NCBI RefSeq assembly: GCF_963676685.1
Contig: NC_092344.1
Location: 121,272,001 to 121,336,000, forward strand
Reading direction: 5' to 3'
Origin: Mytilus edulis
Lineage: Eukaryota
DNA length: 64,000 nucleotides
This document shows, one piece after another, positions 46,889-60,614 of this stretch. Each line of letters opens with the position of its first letter. The stretch's first letter is position 1. Below the pieces are notes generated by a model that saw nothing but the letters and a program-made list of their open reading frames with translations, made no database searches and was not told where the DNA came from. Both the position numbers and the translations under genes were made by a program.

Positions 46889-47497
46889 CCTGAAGATCTA
46901 GTTTCCTTCTACAAATATACAATGGATGTTTATACATTATATCTTACAAAGATATCTTATGATTGAGCAAACCCACAATAATTTGGGATGATATATGGTC
47001 TTTTGGAAGGGTAACGAGATTTTGCTCTACAGGTGGCAACCGACATACCTTATGGTAATTTGAAGTAAGTACAAATTCGGCGAGAGCCTCGTTCGGGGAT
47101 GTCATATTTCAGGGGATTGTAGAAACAATCATTTGATCATATCCGTGACAATCTGTGACACATATATTCAATAACAACTCGTGATTACGCCGTCCGTTTA
47201 ATATTCAAAGAATGAGACAAAGTCACCGTTACCTGCCTTGCAAATTTAGATTCAGTCAAAATGTCATAATCGGGAGCAAGAAATCGTCGGACCACCGTAT
47301 TGGTATCCAAAGATCTAAGAGCGGGAAATATATCGGTAGTGAGATGAATCACCGACACATCAAACGATTCGTGATGGTTAGTGAACTTATGTTGTTTCCA
47401 TTTTAGTCGTTCTTCATAATTTTGTTATGACAGTTTTTTGTAAGGAGCACACCCCTGTTGACAAAGTCCTTTTTGGAGGGATCTAACACTAGCATAA

Positions 47498-50400
47498 GGA
47501 GAATAATAGCATAATAGAGAAGGAATAAGATGGCCGCCAAGATAGAAAGGAGTTGAACTTCAGCTCTGCAGTATTTGGCATTTTTAAGCTGGATTTTGAT
47601 GAAGAATTCTATTGAAAGTTATATCATTATATTCAGAATTGTTTGGACTTAATAGAAATCAAGTTATTTTGAAATTTCCTTGTTGGATGGACTTGTATTA
47701 GTGAAAATAAAATTTTGGATTCAGTGGAATTTACTAATATTGTATTTTGAACTGTTGTTTAAAATATAGAAAGTATGCCTGGGGATAGTAATCAGAAAGG
47801 TGTTAAAACTGTACAAACAATGTTGGCAGCTAAAAAGCCTGGAGCTAAAGAATCTTCACAAGAAAAACCACCAAAGCAGAACAAACGAACTCATTCAGAT
47901 GTAGCAGATGAAAGTTTGGAATGTACTGATAGTATGACTAGTATTCAAACTACTCTTAGTGAAATCAAAAAGGCCCTTCAGGTAACAGTTACTAAAGATG
48001 ATTTAAGTAGTGCATTTAATTGCTTGGTTCAACAAAAAGACTTAAAAGATATTGTTACCAACATTGTTAAACAGTTATTATTAACTTTTGAAAAGAATTT
48101 GTCAGAGAAAATTGAGGCAAAAGTAAGGGAGACAACTGGAAAGTTACAAGATCAGATGGATTCTCTGATGATAGACAATGAAAACCTGAGAGAACGTGTG
48201 AGGGCAAAAGATAAATCTATAGAGAAATTAGAAGAACAAGTAAGTGATAACAACAATAGAGCAATTGATGCCATAAAGCTTGGAAACTATAATGAACAGT
48301 ATAGTAGAAAGCATAACATCAGAATGCTTAACTACCCAGAAAGGCCCCATGAGGTATTGAGAGATGAGTTTGTCAATATGGTGAACAAAGAGTTGAAGGT
48401 AGATATTAAACCTGATGATGTACAGGCATTGTTAAAGTGCGCAATACTGAACTGAAAATTAAAATTATGAGACAGAAGAGAGGACTAAAAAATGACATCA
48501 AGTTCCATGATGATATTACACAGCGTAACCTAGGACTTATGACAAGATTAAAAAATGGTGAACATTTTGAAAACGTCTGGTTTTATAATTGCAATGTCTA
48601 TGCCAAGCAACAGGATGGAAGTAGAATTAGATTTGACTTATTTGACAATATTGAACAAAAACTGAAAAACAAAAACAAAAAAGGTCATTAGACATTCATT
48701 TCTTTATTTGATACATTGCTTAATATTTCATCACTGTAAAAAATTTGAAAGATAGTAATATAATTAAAACAATCTGGGCTGTGCATTATTATCAATTTAT
48801 TTATTTATAATGACTCTCTCTGAATTTGATTTAAATAATTTTAATTCATATTTGATTCAAAGTACTTTTTTTTATATATAATTCTATTTATTTTGTTTGT
48901 GTGAACCCTCCTTAATTTGAAGATAAATGTATATTTATTAAAGGGAGATAACTCAAAATATTTTACAAATCAAAGGGAGATAACAAAAATCTTTTATTCT
49001 TTTTACTTGTCATGAATCTCTCAACTAAATATACTAATTAATACATTGTCTTTACAATACAACTTTCTTTATATCGTAAATAATTAAAATGCCATACTGA
49101 TAATGAAATTTTGTTGTACAAAAATGACTTTACAGGTACCTATGCCAAAGTGTCATAATGTGTGTATGATTGTATAAACTATGATTGTGTATTTGTTTTT
49201 AAGTTACAATGTATCTGCTCAATTTTGAAATGTTGTTTTGTTTTATATGATAATGGATAATATTGTAACAGTGTTGTCTATGAATGTAAGGGGTCTTTTT
49301 TCTAATTCAAAAAAGAGAACAGATGTTTTTGATTGGGCGAAGGGCAAAAATGCTTCAGTAATTTGCTTTCAAGAAACCCATAGTAATAAAGATATTGAAA
49401 AAAAATGGGAAGAGGAATGGGAAAATAAATGTTTTTTCAGTCATCATAGTAACAAAAGTGCAGGTGTCAGTATTATGTTTAAAATAGGTCTTGATTTTGA
49501 AGTGCATAATTCTATTATTGATATAGATGGTCGTTATATTATTTTAGATTTATCCTTGTCAAATCAACGCATTACTCTTGTTTGTTTGTATGGATTTAAT
49601 ACTGATGAACCTTCATTTTTTAATGACATATATAAGAAAATGGCAACATTTTCAAATACTAGCTTTTTATTATGTGGGGACTGGAATGTTGTACAAGATA
49701 CAAACATAGACACTTACAATATTATTCATAATAGAAACCCAAACTCACGAAAAAAGATTGAAGAAATAGTAGAAAGTCTTGAGTTATTAGATCCTTGGCT
49801 GACTTGTTATCCAAACGATAGAAAATATACATGGCGTCAATGCTCACCCATAAAACAAAGTCGGCTTGATTTTTTTCTAGTCACAGAGGATCTGTTTTCA
49901 CTCATGAAAAATACTAGCATTATTCCTGGGTATAAGACAGATCATTCTGCTATTACTTTCACCTTTTCTGCCAGTTTAGCAAAGCGGGGAAAGGGATATT
50001 GGAAATTTAACTCCCAACTGTTACGAGATTTAGACTATATCAAAAAAGTTAAAACATGTATAAATGAGAGTATTTTAGAATATTATGAATCAGGCAACAT
50101 AGATGATCCTTTAAATGTTAAACTCTCATGCAATGATCAAGTATTTTTTGAGTTAATAAAAATGAAAATTAGATCTTTGACTATTGGTTACAGTATTCAA
50201 AAAGCGAGAGAGGAAAAAGCTGCAACACTTTTACTTGAAAATGACATTCAAAATTTGGAAAATTGTATGAACATATCTCCTGATGGTCAAATTCATGCAG
50301 CTTTAAACCAGAAAAAGTAAGAATTAGAAAATATTAGAGAAAAAAAATTTGAAGGTGTTTTTTTAAGATCCCACGCTAACTGGCAAGAGAATGGGGAAAA

Positions 50401-53387
50401 GTGTTCAGAGTTTTTTTGTAAATTAGAAAAGAAAAATTTTATTAAAAAAACGATAACTGAGCTCATAGACGAAAAAGGAAAACATATCTCAGATCAATCT
50501 AGAGTTTTACAAAAAGAAATGAATTTTTTAAAAACATTATACTCAAGTAAAAATCTGGAATGTGATGATGAATCCTTTTTCAAGCACAATGTTAAACTCA
50601 CAGAAGATGAGAAGGATTTGTGTGAGGGTAATATTTCTTTTAAAGAATGTGCAGAATCACTAAAATCTATGTCAAATGGAAAGAGTCCAGGCTCAGATGG
50701 GTAGAATTTTACAAAGTCTTTTGGCGAGATATTGGACCTTTTCTTTTTAGATCGTTACATTTTGGCTATGAAAATGGGGAATTTTCTAAATTTCAGTATC
50801 AAAGTGTCATTACATGTATTCCAAAAGAAGAGAAAGATAGACGTTATTTAGCTAATTGGCGCCCAATTAGCCTTATGAATACTGACACCAAGATTGCTTC
50901 TGCTGTGATTGCTAATAGAATAAAACCTGTTTTACCATCTATTATCAGTGACTGTCAGAAAGGCTTTATAAAGGATAGATTTATGGGTGAGAATACGCGT
51001 TTATTGTATGATTTGATGCACTATTTAGAAAAACATAACAAAACTGGTCTTTTACTACTAGTAGATTTTGAAAAGGCTTTTGACTCTATTGAATGGTCTT
51101 TTTTGAAAAAAGCATTGAAGAGTTTCAATTTTGGACCATCTATATGCAAATGGTTTGAAGTATTTTATTTGAAAGCATCAAGTTGTGTTATAAATAATGG
51201 CCATCTTTCAAGCTTCTTTAATTTGGAGAGAAGCTGTAGACAAGGTGACCCCCTCTCCCCTTACCTTTTTATTATAGGCGTTGAGCTACTTTCTATGAAA
51301 ATAAGGTCAAACCCCAAAATAAAGGGAACTTTTGTTCATGAAAATGAATCCCTTTTGAGTCAATATGCTGATGACACTTTCCTTGTTTTAGATGGAACTG
51401 AAACCTCTTTGAGAGAGACTTTAAATTGTTTTGACTCTTTCCAAAAAGTATCTGGGTTAAAAATTAATTCTTCTAAAACTAAAGCTGTTTGGGTTGGGAA
51501 TAAAAAGTATTCAGATCTGATTCTCTGTCCTGATTTAAAACTTCAGTGGTGCTCTTCAAATTTTAAGCTTTTGGGAATTGAATTCTCTTTAGATCTTGAC
51601 AGTATGCCAGAAATTAATTTCTCCAAAAAGATAAAGGAAGTGTCAGGCATTGGCAACATAGAAAATTAACCCTAATGGGAAAGATTACTGTTATTAAGAC
51701 TTTGGCACTTCCAAAATTAATTCACCTGTTGACTGCACTACCCAACTTGCCAGAGTCAAAATTAAATGAATTGAATACTTTATTCTTTCAATTCATATGG
51801 AATGGAAAACCTGATCGAATTAGACGAAGTACTTTAATTGGAGATATTCCACAAGGAGGTTTAAATATGATTAATATCCATTATTTTAATATATACCTTA
51901 AGATTGGCTGGATAAAGAGGTTTTCATCCAATTTATATGGTAGTTGGCAATCATTGTTATTAAAAAGCCTTGAACAGTATGGTGGAGAAAGAGTATTGCA
52001 TTTTGAAAAGGAGAAACTCAGAGAAATCTCTGATAGTCTTAGCAATCCTTTTTGGAAGGATGTATTTTTTAGCTTTCATGTCGCAAGGCCTGCTACCAAT
52101 ATCTCTGTTCAAGATATTTTGTCATTAGATATTTTAAATTTTGCACCTGTAGTAGATTTTCCGTACTTTATTCAGTGGCAGAGAAGGGGAGTGCAGTCTT
52201 TGTTTGACCTTATTAACTTAGAGACTAAGGACTTTTATAATTTTGATCAGATAGGACAAGACTTCAAACAAATAATTTTCTAAAGTATTATGGTCTCATT
52301 GCAAAGATTCCAAAGTACATGAGAGAACATATTAAAGAAAACATTGCTCATGTAAATTTTGAAACTTTTAACTGTATTGATAATTTTTTGGAAAGATTAT
52401 TGTGTAACAAAAAGGCAAAGTTTGTATACAAAGATCTTGTTGACAGAAATGTGCAACTGCCAACAGAAAAGTTCTTACAATGGGAGCAATTACTAGGTAT
52501 TGAAATTGCAGATTGGTCAAAATATTATATTATTTTAAGAAAATCATGTAAAGACACTTATTTATGAACTTTTCAATACAAATTTTTACATAGAATAATT
52601 GCAACAAACACTTTCTTGTATAAAGTTAAACTTAAAGATTCAAAGCTTTGTACTTTTTGTAAGATTTCTGATGAAACCATGGAGCATTTATTCTATGAAT
52701 GTCCAATAACACATTTTATATGGCAATCTTTTTCACAAAAATTGAAAAGATATTTTGTGAACTTTACATTATCTAAGAAGCACATTTTTCTTGGTCTTCA
52801 AAATGAGAGTTTACTGTTGAATTTGATCATTATTATTGCAAAGAACTATATATACAAATGTAAGTTGTATGAAAAGAAACCAAGTATTATAGGACTATTA
52901 GCAAAAATAAGAAAATATCAGGAAAATGAACATTATATAGCAAAGAAAAATGGTACCACACCTTATTTTCAAAAATTCTGGGCCCCAGTAGATTACATTT
53001 TTACTGATTAGTAATAATTACTTTTGATTCAAATCATATAAAATAAAAAAAAAATGAAACTTAATTTATAAAGAGCAGATCTTTACAAGGATAACATTTT
53101 TCTTTGCAATACACAAGTTGATATATATGTTTTGTTAACGCAATTGCGAGAGTGTGTGTGTGTATGTGTGTGTGTTTCTTTTCCCCTTTTTATTATAATG
53201 TTAATATTCAAATAATATATATTCACAGTAGAAGAAAAAAAATGTAGTCAATTTTTTGTTGTATATATTAAACCCCTTAACACCATAGTCAGGTGGTGAT
53301 GTAAAGGGATTGTAAAAGCCTGACTACTGAAAAACAAATAAAAAAAAAAAAAAAATATTAAAAAAAAAAAACAAAAAACAAAAAAAA
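47498..53387 (+). mobile_element. Full-length but inactivated L1/Tx1-clade LINE (~5.9 kb)
   Basis: 13-bp TSD AACACTAGCATAA (47485-47497, 53388-53400) and poly(A) tail. ORF1 47775-48691 (coiled coil, EQYSRKHNIR; frameshifted). ORF2 ~49253-53011 with APE (MNVRG, FQETH, GDWN, SRLD, TDH), RT (WRPISL, DFEKAFD, RQGDPLSP, QYADD) and CCHC (CTFC..HLFYEC), broken by stops and frameshifts. Confidence 0.95.
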
Positions 53388-54109
53388 AACACTAGCATAA
53401 CGTATTAATTAACTGAGTTATACAAACGCCATACGATGGAGCAGAGAAGGGTATGTTACTGCTGAAAAATTTGAAATTTGAAAAGCTGAAATTTTCACGT
53501 GTGTCATAGATTTTAGTTTAAAGTCGTTCATCTTTGTCAAAGTTCAGGAGAAGATTTCGATGTAGATCGGAATCAGGCTTTCTACTCTATGTAGCACCCG
53601 TTATTAATTCATTATGATATGAGATTTGAGCACTCATTGAAATATGGATAATTGAGAAACAGAACGTTATACTTCATCAGTATATTTGGAATTAAATAAG
53701 ATACTAGTAACTTTGCAAGATACTTTTTCATTGTGTTTTTGTAAAGGTTCTCAATGTGATATCCAGTGAACGAAAACAAAAGAATAGTCAATAATAAAAA
53801 CTACTGGTGACGAGACTGAATACAAGTTATTTCTCAAAAATAATTACACATTTTAAAGAAATTATTTGTTAAACTAAGTTATCTTAAAAATAATTTTGGG
53901 TTCAGTATCAATTGCGATAATTGCTTTATAAGCTTATAAAACTGAAATTTAAAAAATGCCAAAATTTGCTGCATATTTATATATAAAAAAAAGATATGAA
54001 CATACAAAATCTTTTGGGTCACCAATTTTCGCAGTGTTCCAAATAGAAATTAGCATGTTACAATTTCCCCAAAAAATGTGATTGCATGTGTTCGCTATCT
54101 ATATATGCA

Positions 54110-54710
54110 CTTGAAATTAAAGATACTACCGACGCAGTTAGATCTGCTTCATATTTAGACCTTTTCTCCAAATGACTACTGATGGTAGGTTGAATACCAA
54201 AATTTATGACAAACGCAATGATTTTAATTTTCCTATAGTCAACTTTCCATTTCTGTGTAGCAACATCCTAGCAGCACCAGCATATGGAGTATATGTGTCT
54301 CAATTGATACGTTACTCTAGTGCTAGCCATAAGTTCGTTGATTTTGTTGTACGAGGAATACTGCTTTCTCAAAAGTTGCTAAGACAGGGCTATGAATCAA
54401 TCAAATTAAGGTCATCACTCAAGAAATTTTACGGTCGCCATCATGAGCTGATTGGCCATTATGACAAAAGTGTGTCAGAAATCATATATGATATTCTTCC
54501 TAAGTCATATAACCTTCCATCATTACCGAACTGAACAAAGAAATAACATGACGGGTGCCGTATACGGTGCAGGAAATGCTTACCCTTCCGGAGCACCCGA
54601 TTTCACTCCCGGTTTTGTTTCTTATTTATTATTTATTACTCTTGATGTAAATGTCCTTTGGTTTTGTGAGTCTTTGTTTACTCCTTGGTTTTGATTGTTA
54701 TTGTCTTCGT
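54110..54710 (+). mobile_element. Penelope-like RT 3' fragment (second family)
   Basis: LEIKDTTD..SASYLDL, KIYDKRNDFNFPIVNFPFL, AYGVYVSQLIRYS; ORF stops with no endonuclease domain. Confidence 0.8.
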
Positions 54711-55144
54711 TATATATAACTATATCGGTTTACAAGATAGTCGACAGTCTTCGGAGGTCATCTCGATAGATAACTATATTGTGTCTGGTCTACAACACGA
54801 ACTTTTTATAATTTGGTTAAACGTTTTAATATGTTATAGATAAAATATGAGACTAAAGGGTCTTCAACATAGCTAGAAAATACCGCAACCGGAGGAGGGC
54901 TTCACCAGGCCAGAAATAAAATGGCGTACTAGTTCAGTGAAATTGGCGTCAAACCAAAATCACAGAAACTTGATTCAACTGTCTTTGAGGAGTCTTTTAA
55001 AGACGAAACGCGCGTCTGGCGTACACAATTTCAATCTTGTTATAAATAAAGAGTTTAGTATGGAAGGCTTTGAATAGGCCCGCCAGTAAAGTCAAGAAAA
55101 AAAGGTTTGTCTTATGAGTACGGCATCTTCATTTCACGTTTATA

Positions 55145-55490
55145 TGTTTGTATATTTTGCCTCTAGACGTTGATAAAACAGCATCAGCTGACATATTAGT
55201 AAGCAAAACAGTCGGAAACATACTTACTCTCACTTTCTTCAAGGATATATGTATATTCCTATGCCTTTGTAAATATAAAATGAATATTTCATGCCAACAT
55301 TTCATTTGTACATGTATTCAATATTGTTCTATCAACATATAACGTCCAAATAATATTGTGCTAATTCAGAAGTGAACATTAACAATTATACACTTCCTTG
55401 TCAGTGATACTTCAGTCTTTTGTGAATTGTGCTTCCTTATAACAAAATAGTATATTCTTTCTTAAGTAACTTATAATTTTACCACTAATT
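55145..55490 (-). promoter_or_regulatory. Putative non-coding first exon/promoter of the intact otopetrin-like gene
   Basis: Aligns with 61390-61695 upstream of the paralogue; both contain a minus-strand donor GTAAGTATG (55227, 61472). Confidence 0.6.
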
Positions 55491-56574
55491 CATCTTTCAC
55501 ACTTATTAGTCAGAATAATTTAATTCGTCTGAATGCAGTTCGAAATAAAAAGAGAAGGCTAATGGAGAAAAATGGGCGTCATAATTCGCAAAACTGACCG
55601 ACAAACTGTCCAATTATTTGTATGCATCTGCACACATGAGACACTGGCCTTAAGAATAAAAACCACATTCCACATATGTCACGGTTTATTGGCGTCAGAA
55701 AAGGATTGATAAACTGACTTAATTGTTTTGTTATAAGTTAGGCAGCTATAGTTTCCTCATTTATATGGTTTCATATTTTTCATGTCGGGCCTTTTATGGC
55801 CGACTATACAGTTTTTGGCTTTCTCATCGTTGAAAGCCATACAGTTGCCTATAATTTGCTTAGATCAACTTCGTTTTAACTTTGGTGGATAGTTGTCTCA
55901 TTGACAATCATACCGCATCTTCTTAATTTTATATTAATCAAACATGACATAGCAGTATGATTATGCAGGACTTTAAAAAATCCTGTAAAACGCTTAATTG
56001 CGATTTTATTACACGCTAACGTACAACGGTATGGCGTGAAGTGCAATGGTAAAACATGCTACAGTTGTTGTCCATCCGAGCTTTTGATTTTGCCATTTGA
56101 TTAGAAACTTTCCAATTTGAATTTTCCTCGGAGCCCCATGTTTTTGTGATATTACTTTATGCTACAGTTCGATGGTGTAATGGGAATGAAATTTAGGCAA
56201 TGGTTTTCATTTGTTGCTATGCTCCTATTAATGTTTTTGTTTCTTTTGTTTGTTTATATGTTAATGAGTTGTCTTTCTCTTTTGAATGGTTGTAAACGGG
56301 TCATTGTGTTGCTCTATATTTGATATGCAGCGTGGGATAATTCTTCAGGTGGAATGCCATACGGTTATTTGTCGCAAACGCCAACGAAATTTGGTCTTAG
56401 ATGGATAGTTGTGTCATTGAAAATCAAACCACATCCTATTATTATTTTTAAAGTACGATATTTGTGAAAAAAATTTGTGTTATGGTTGCTTACAGTACCT
56501 TGTATATACTTTATAAAGCTGTCTCAATCCATTATGTACTATCATATTATTTTTTATTGATCTCTGTGCGGATA

Positions 56575-56878
56575 GATATCAAAGGTACCTGGATTTTAAT
56601 TTAATACGCCAGACGCGCGTTTCGTCTCAATAAGACTCATCAGTGACGCTCAGATCAAAATAGTTATAAAGCCAAACAAATACAAAGTTGAAGTGCGTTG
56701 CGTTCCCAAAGTCCCAAAATGTTGTGCCAAATACTGCTAAGGTAATCTTTGCCTTAGATTGCATAAGAAAATCCCTAATTTTTCAAAAAATTTAAAGTTT
56801 GTAAACAGGAAATTTATAAAAATGACCATATAATTGATATTCATGTCAACACCGAGGTGCTGACTACTGGGCTGGTGG
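56575..56878 (-). mobile_element. Hammerhead-containing ~300-bp repeat (retrozyme / PLE pseudo-LTR)
   Basis: Reverse-complement homologue of 61083-61338. Confidence 0.8.
56606..56649 (-). ncRNA. Minimal type I hammerhead ribozyme
   Basis: GCGTCA CTGATGA GTCT-TATTG-AGAC GAAA CGCGCG TC TGGCGT: complete core, stems I and II, palindromic stem III. Confidence 0.88.
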
Positions 56879-56879
56879 G

Positions 56880-57890
56880 TCTTGCATTGCAGGACCTTGA
56901 TTTAAAACATCTGACATGTAACTGTTCTCGTCTTATATTTACAGCCCCTTTAGCCGTATTGTTAATCTGGATTTAAACATAATTCAGCATGAATATTAAC
57001 GAAAGGTGATATCTCATGGACCTAAGTTTAGAGAACCCACACACATCAATTGGAACCATAACTTCAAAACAATTGTGGATTCCACTAATGACTACAGTAG
57101 AATGAGTCAAAACAATCAGGTCGTTAATAAAACGTCATATTCATAAGTGGAAAACTGTGTTGAGACCAAAGTCCGTTTTCAGGCTATTAAATGTCTATCA
57201 TCTCTTCCCGATAAGAATGTTGTTGTTCCTGCAGACACAGCTTTAATCATATTGTCCTTGTATGTAAATCGTACTACTATTAGCACTGATGTAATCCCAT
57301 ATACAAAAAATATATCATTTTACAAGGATGTGATTTTGGCAAATCATAAGTTCTTCATAGCTTCAATGGACATTACATTAAACATCAACTCGGATGACTT
57401 ACCGTCTTTGTATTGGATACAAAAGATTCACAAAATCGAATACACGCAACGGTACATTTCAAGTTCACTTGCATGTTCTTTGTCCATTAGATTGATACAA
57501 ACCATGTCTGCAGTAAAATAGGGTCTTCCAAAATACTGTGAAACTGTTTACTCGTGCAGTGGTATAAACCATTTGTGGATGCTAAAAAACTCTCGGGTGC
57601 CACATGTGAAGCAGGATCTACTTACCCTTCGGGAGCACTTGAGATCACCCGGAGTTTTTGGTGGGGTTCGTCTTGCTCAGCCTTTAGTTTCTATGTTGTG
57701 TCTAGTGTACTATTATTTATCTGTTTGTCTTTTTATTTTTTAGACATGGCGTTGTCAGTTTATTTTCAATCTATGAGTAAGACTGTCCCTCTGGTATCTT
57801 TCGCCTCTCTTTTAAGAACTTCTGGAAAATTTATATCTCGATCTTTCTCTGAAACCACTTCTTTCACAACTTTACATTTTTCAACCCTGA
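56880..57890 (+). mobile_element. Decayed Penelope-like ORF fragment interrupted by a ~220-bp repeat (57593-57811)
   Basis: GPKFREP..INW, VVVPAD, LPSLYWI.KIHK and WMLKNS|KELL across frameshifts. Confidence 0.7.
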
Positions 57891-58718
57891 GTGTTTGAAA
57901 TTTTTACCTATAATGTCTGTTTGTTTTGTTCACACATCACGTAATGGAATTTTATGGAACTGTGGAAATGAAAGGTCTAGATAGTTAAACAAGGTTTAAT
58001 CCATTATTTTCTAAATAAGAAAATGTTATATAGTCCAATTCTATGTATGGTGGCGTTAGCTTTTTGTGGTAGTTCAGAGGTGCTGTTGTTCCGTTGTTTT
58101 CCTCTTATAGTTGATGTGTTTCCCTCGATTTAAGTTTATTACCCGGATTTGGTTTTGCTTTAAAGAATTATAACTTTTGAACATAGGTATACTACTGTTG
58201 CCTTTATTTATAGACATACATTCAGACCAATTACTTCTTTATGATTGAGTATTCGGCCTTTTTGGAGGGAATATATATCATCCATTTTTTTTTACTGTGG
58301 AAGGATATGGATTTCAAATTCGTGGTCTGCTTTGCACTTTCTTTAAGTAGAGTAACCAATATATATCACATACATACAAACCTTTCCAAGTTTTGCTGCA
58401 GGCGTGAGTAGATAAAACGCGCGTCTAGAGTAAGTTATGATAGTAAAGCTGGTATCTCTGATTAGTTCTATCATACTAGTAATCAATAATTCCTTTTGGG
58501 AGTGTGCTAACAACACAGAATCGCATCAAGCTGAAGTTAGCACATGTTCAAAGATTCAAACACCCTTTAAAATTTCACAGAGAAGCATTCAATTTTAAAA
58601 ACTATGTTTAAAAGCATATTTCATTAAATATTATCAGCATTTTCATGTCAGTGCTTACTGCTGGCTGGATATTTAATGTTTTTCATTTTCAGGCCAATAT
58701 CAAAATATACAAAACTAA

Positions 58719-60614
58719 TTAGGGACTGTACAACGAATAAAAACACATAAAACATTCGAATCTGTGAAACATAACAAAAGGAAACAAGACTTTTTCAGTG
58801 ATTTCGATATGAAAATTGCTGTAGTAAACTGGATTTTGGAATTTATATATATATTGTACCACGATGAAAGTACTAGAAATCTAATAACCAAAGTTGATAA
58901 GTCCAACTAATAAACATATATGATTCACTGAGAAATACCTTGATCTTGTATATGTTATCGTGCATTTTTTCATCTGTAAAATGTATACAGTATGTAGGTA
59001 TAGGACGATAATCCTTAAAATGCCTTTTACAATGAATAAACTTCGATATTTCGTGACGATTGGAAGTATTTTAGCCATTAAGTACAGAGTATAGTATCCC
59101 GTCGTTAAGATAAAGCTAAGAATCAACAGAACGTTTCCGATGTCGTATAAAGAATTCTCAATATGCGGAATACACTGGTGTTGTACTGCACGAAAACACA
59201 CCGCAAGAGCAAGTAGTAACACAATACATTCGAATATGGTAGTTATAGATAAAATCCAAAATAAATCAGGTCCTATTAACCCCAATAATCTGAGTACTTC
59301 AATGATTAGTCTAGGTAAAGATATTATGCCACTTATTAGTATGATACAGTATGTAAACACTTGTTTTCGTGGAACAGTGGTTGGTCTACGCGTCACGCTG
59401 GTTTTGCTTTGCAATAATGCTGTAATTTCTGACGTTTCACAAGAAACATTGTTGTCGTCTTTTATGCAACCTGGTGTATGCGATGTTCTCGGCCATATTC
59501 CTGACAAAAATATCAAGCACAGAAGCGGGTACTCAGCGAGCATGGGTTCTATAAAAGGACTGACTTTATGTAATAGATGACGAATGGAAAGAGATGAGTT
59601 GTTATTTACGCATCGATAGGTACTGTTTTGAGAAATGTCCGAAAAGTTTTGACTGCTTGAGGCAAGGTACGTCCACGAAGAAATATTTGTGACCACAATT
59701 ATAATCAAACCATAAAAGGTAAACAAAGAACTGACCAATTGGTATTTAGAAAAATAAAAGATAAAAACATGTTTTAACCACATAAAATGAAAGACACGAA
59801 ATATTATATAAAACGGCTTCTTCCAGACTGTCGTTGATATGGAAAAAAAACTTACATTCAACATGGAATGCGATCTTGAGGATACGATACAGTACACATC
59901 CAAGACAAAACAAAAATAGAAATTTCAGTTTAAGGGATTTGTTTTTATCATGAGATTCCGTATCTAAGGTAGCACTCCACAGTTAGGTGTGTAGTTTCGC
60001 ATTTTGGCCCCTGTGGATTTTTCAAATATGAGAGCTAGTGTGCAATAAATTCATTTTTGGATAGCTGAGTATTAAAATAGCCTTTGTATTGGGTTTATAT
60101 GAACATCAAGATTATGTAATGTATGTAATATAGGCTGTTTTATGTATGACAGTCCGTATTTGCATGTCCCTACCTTACATTGGTCCGGCAATTATTGTAA
60201 TGTTTTTTTCCAACTTTTTATCGCACGAATTTTGTGATTTGATTTTACGAAAAAATGAGGCGAAAGACACCCATTGGCAAAATCAAATAACAAAACGCAT
60301 CAAAAACGAATGGATAAAATATATCTTTTTTGGATTTTTTTCTCGTATCCCAACTAAATGCAAGATACAATTCCGATGCTGTTCAAGACAATCAGAAGAG
60401 GTCGCGTTATCACAGGTGCTATGCTGTTTTTTTCTTCAAACGTGTTGCAAATGTATATTACTTCGGCTAGTAAGACTATCAAACTAATTAGAATGATTAA
60501 TCCCGCGATACTGCCATCATGAGGGATGTTATATCGGTGTGTTTTGTTTTTCAAGTTTTCCGCTGTGAGGGGAAGAATGCATATCGCTTTACACCAGTCT
60601 TTGGCTTTGTTCAT
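58719..60614 (-). pseudogene. Otopetrin-like paralogue, pseudogenised
   Basis: Colinear with 45344-46888. Lesions: -1 frameshift ~60355, ~350-bp insertion 59968-60314, +1 frameshift ~59765, TGG>TAG nonsense at 58881-58883. Confidence 0.9.
59968..60314. mobile_element. Truncated DNA-transposon-like insertion in the pseudogene CDS
   Basis: Absent from the intact paralogue; starts GGTAGCACTCC, flanked by TAA, no matching right TIR. Confidence 0.65.

Noticed and set aside
57554-57898. 114-aa ORF, and similar ORFs at 63029, 34651, 23587
   Set aside because: Chance frames across interspersed repeats.
59140-59580. 146-aa antisense ORF (also 45867, 28010, 3821)
   Set aside because: Shadow frames opposite real coding sequence with no recognisable motifs.
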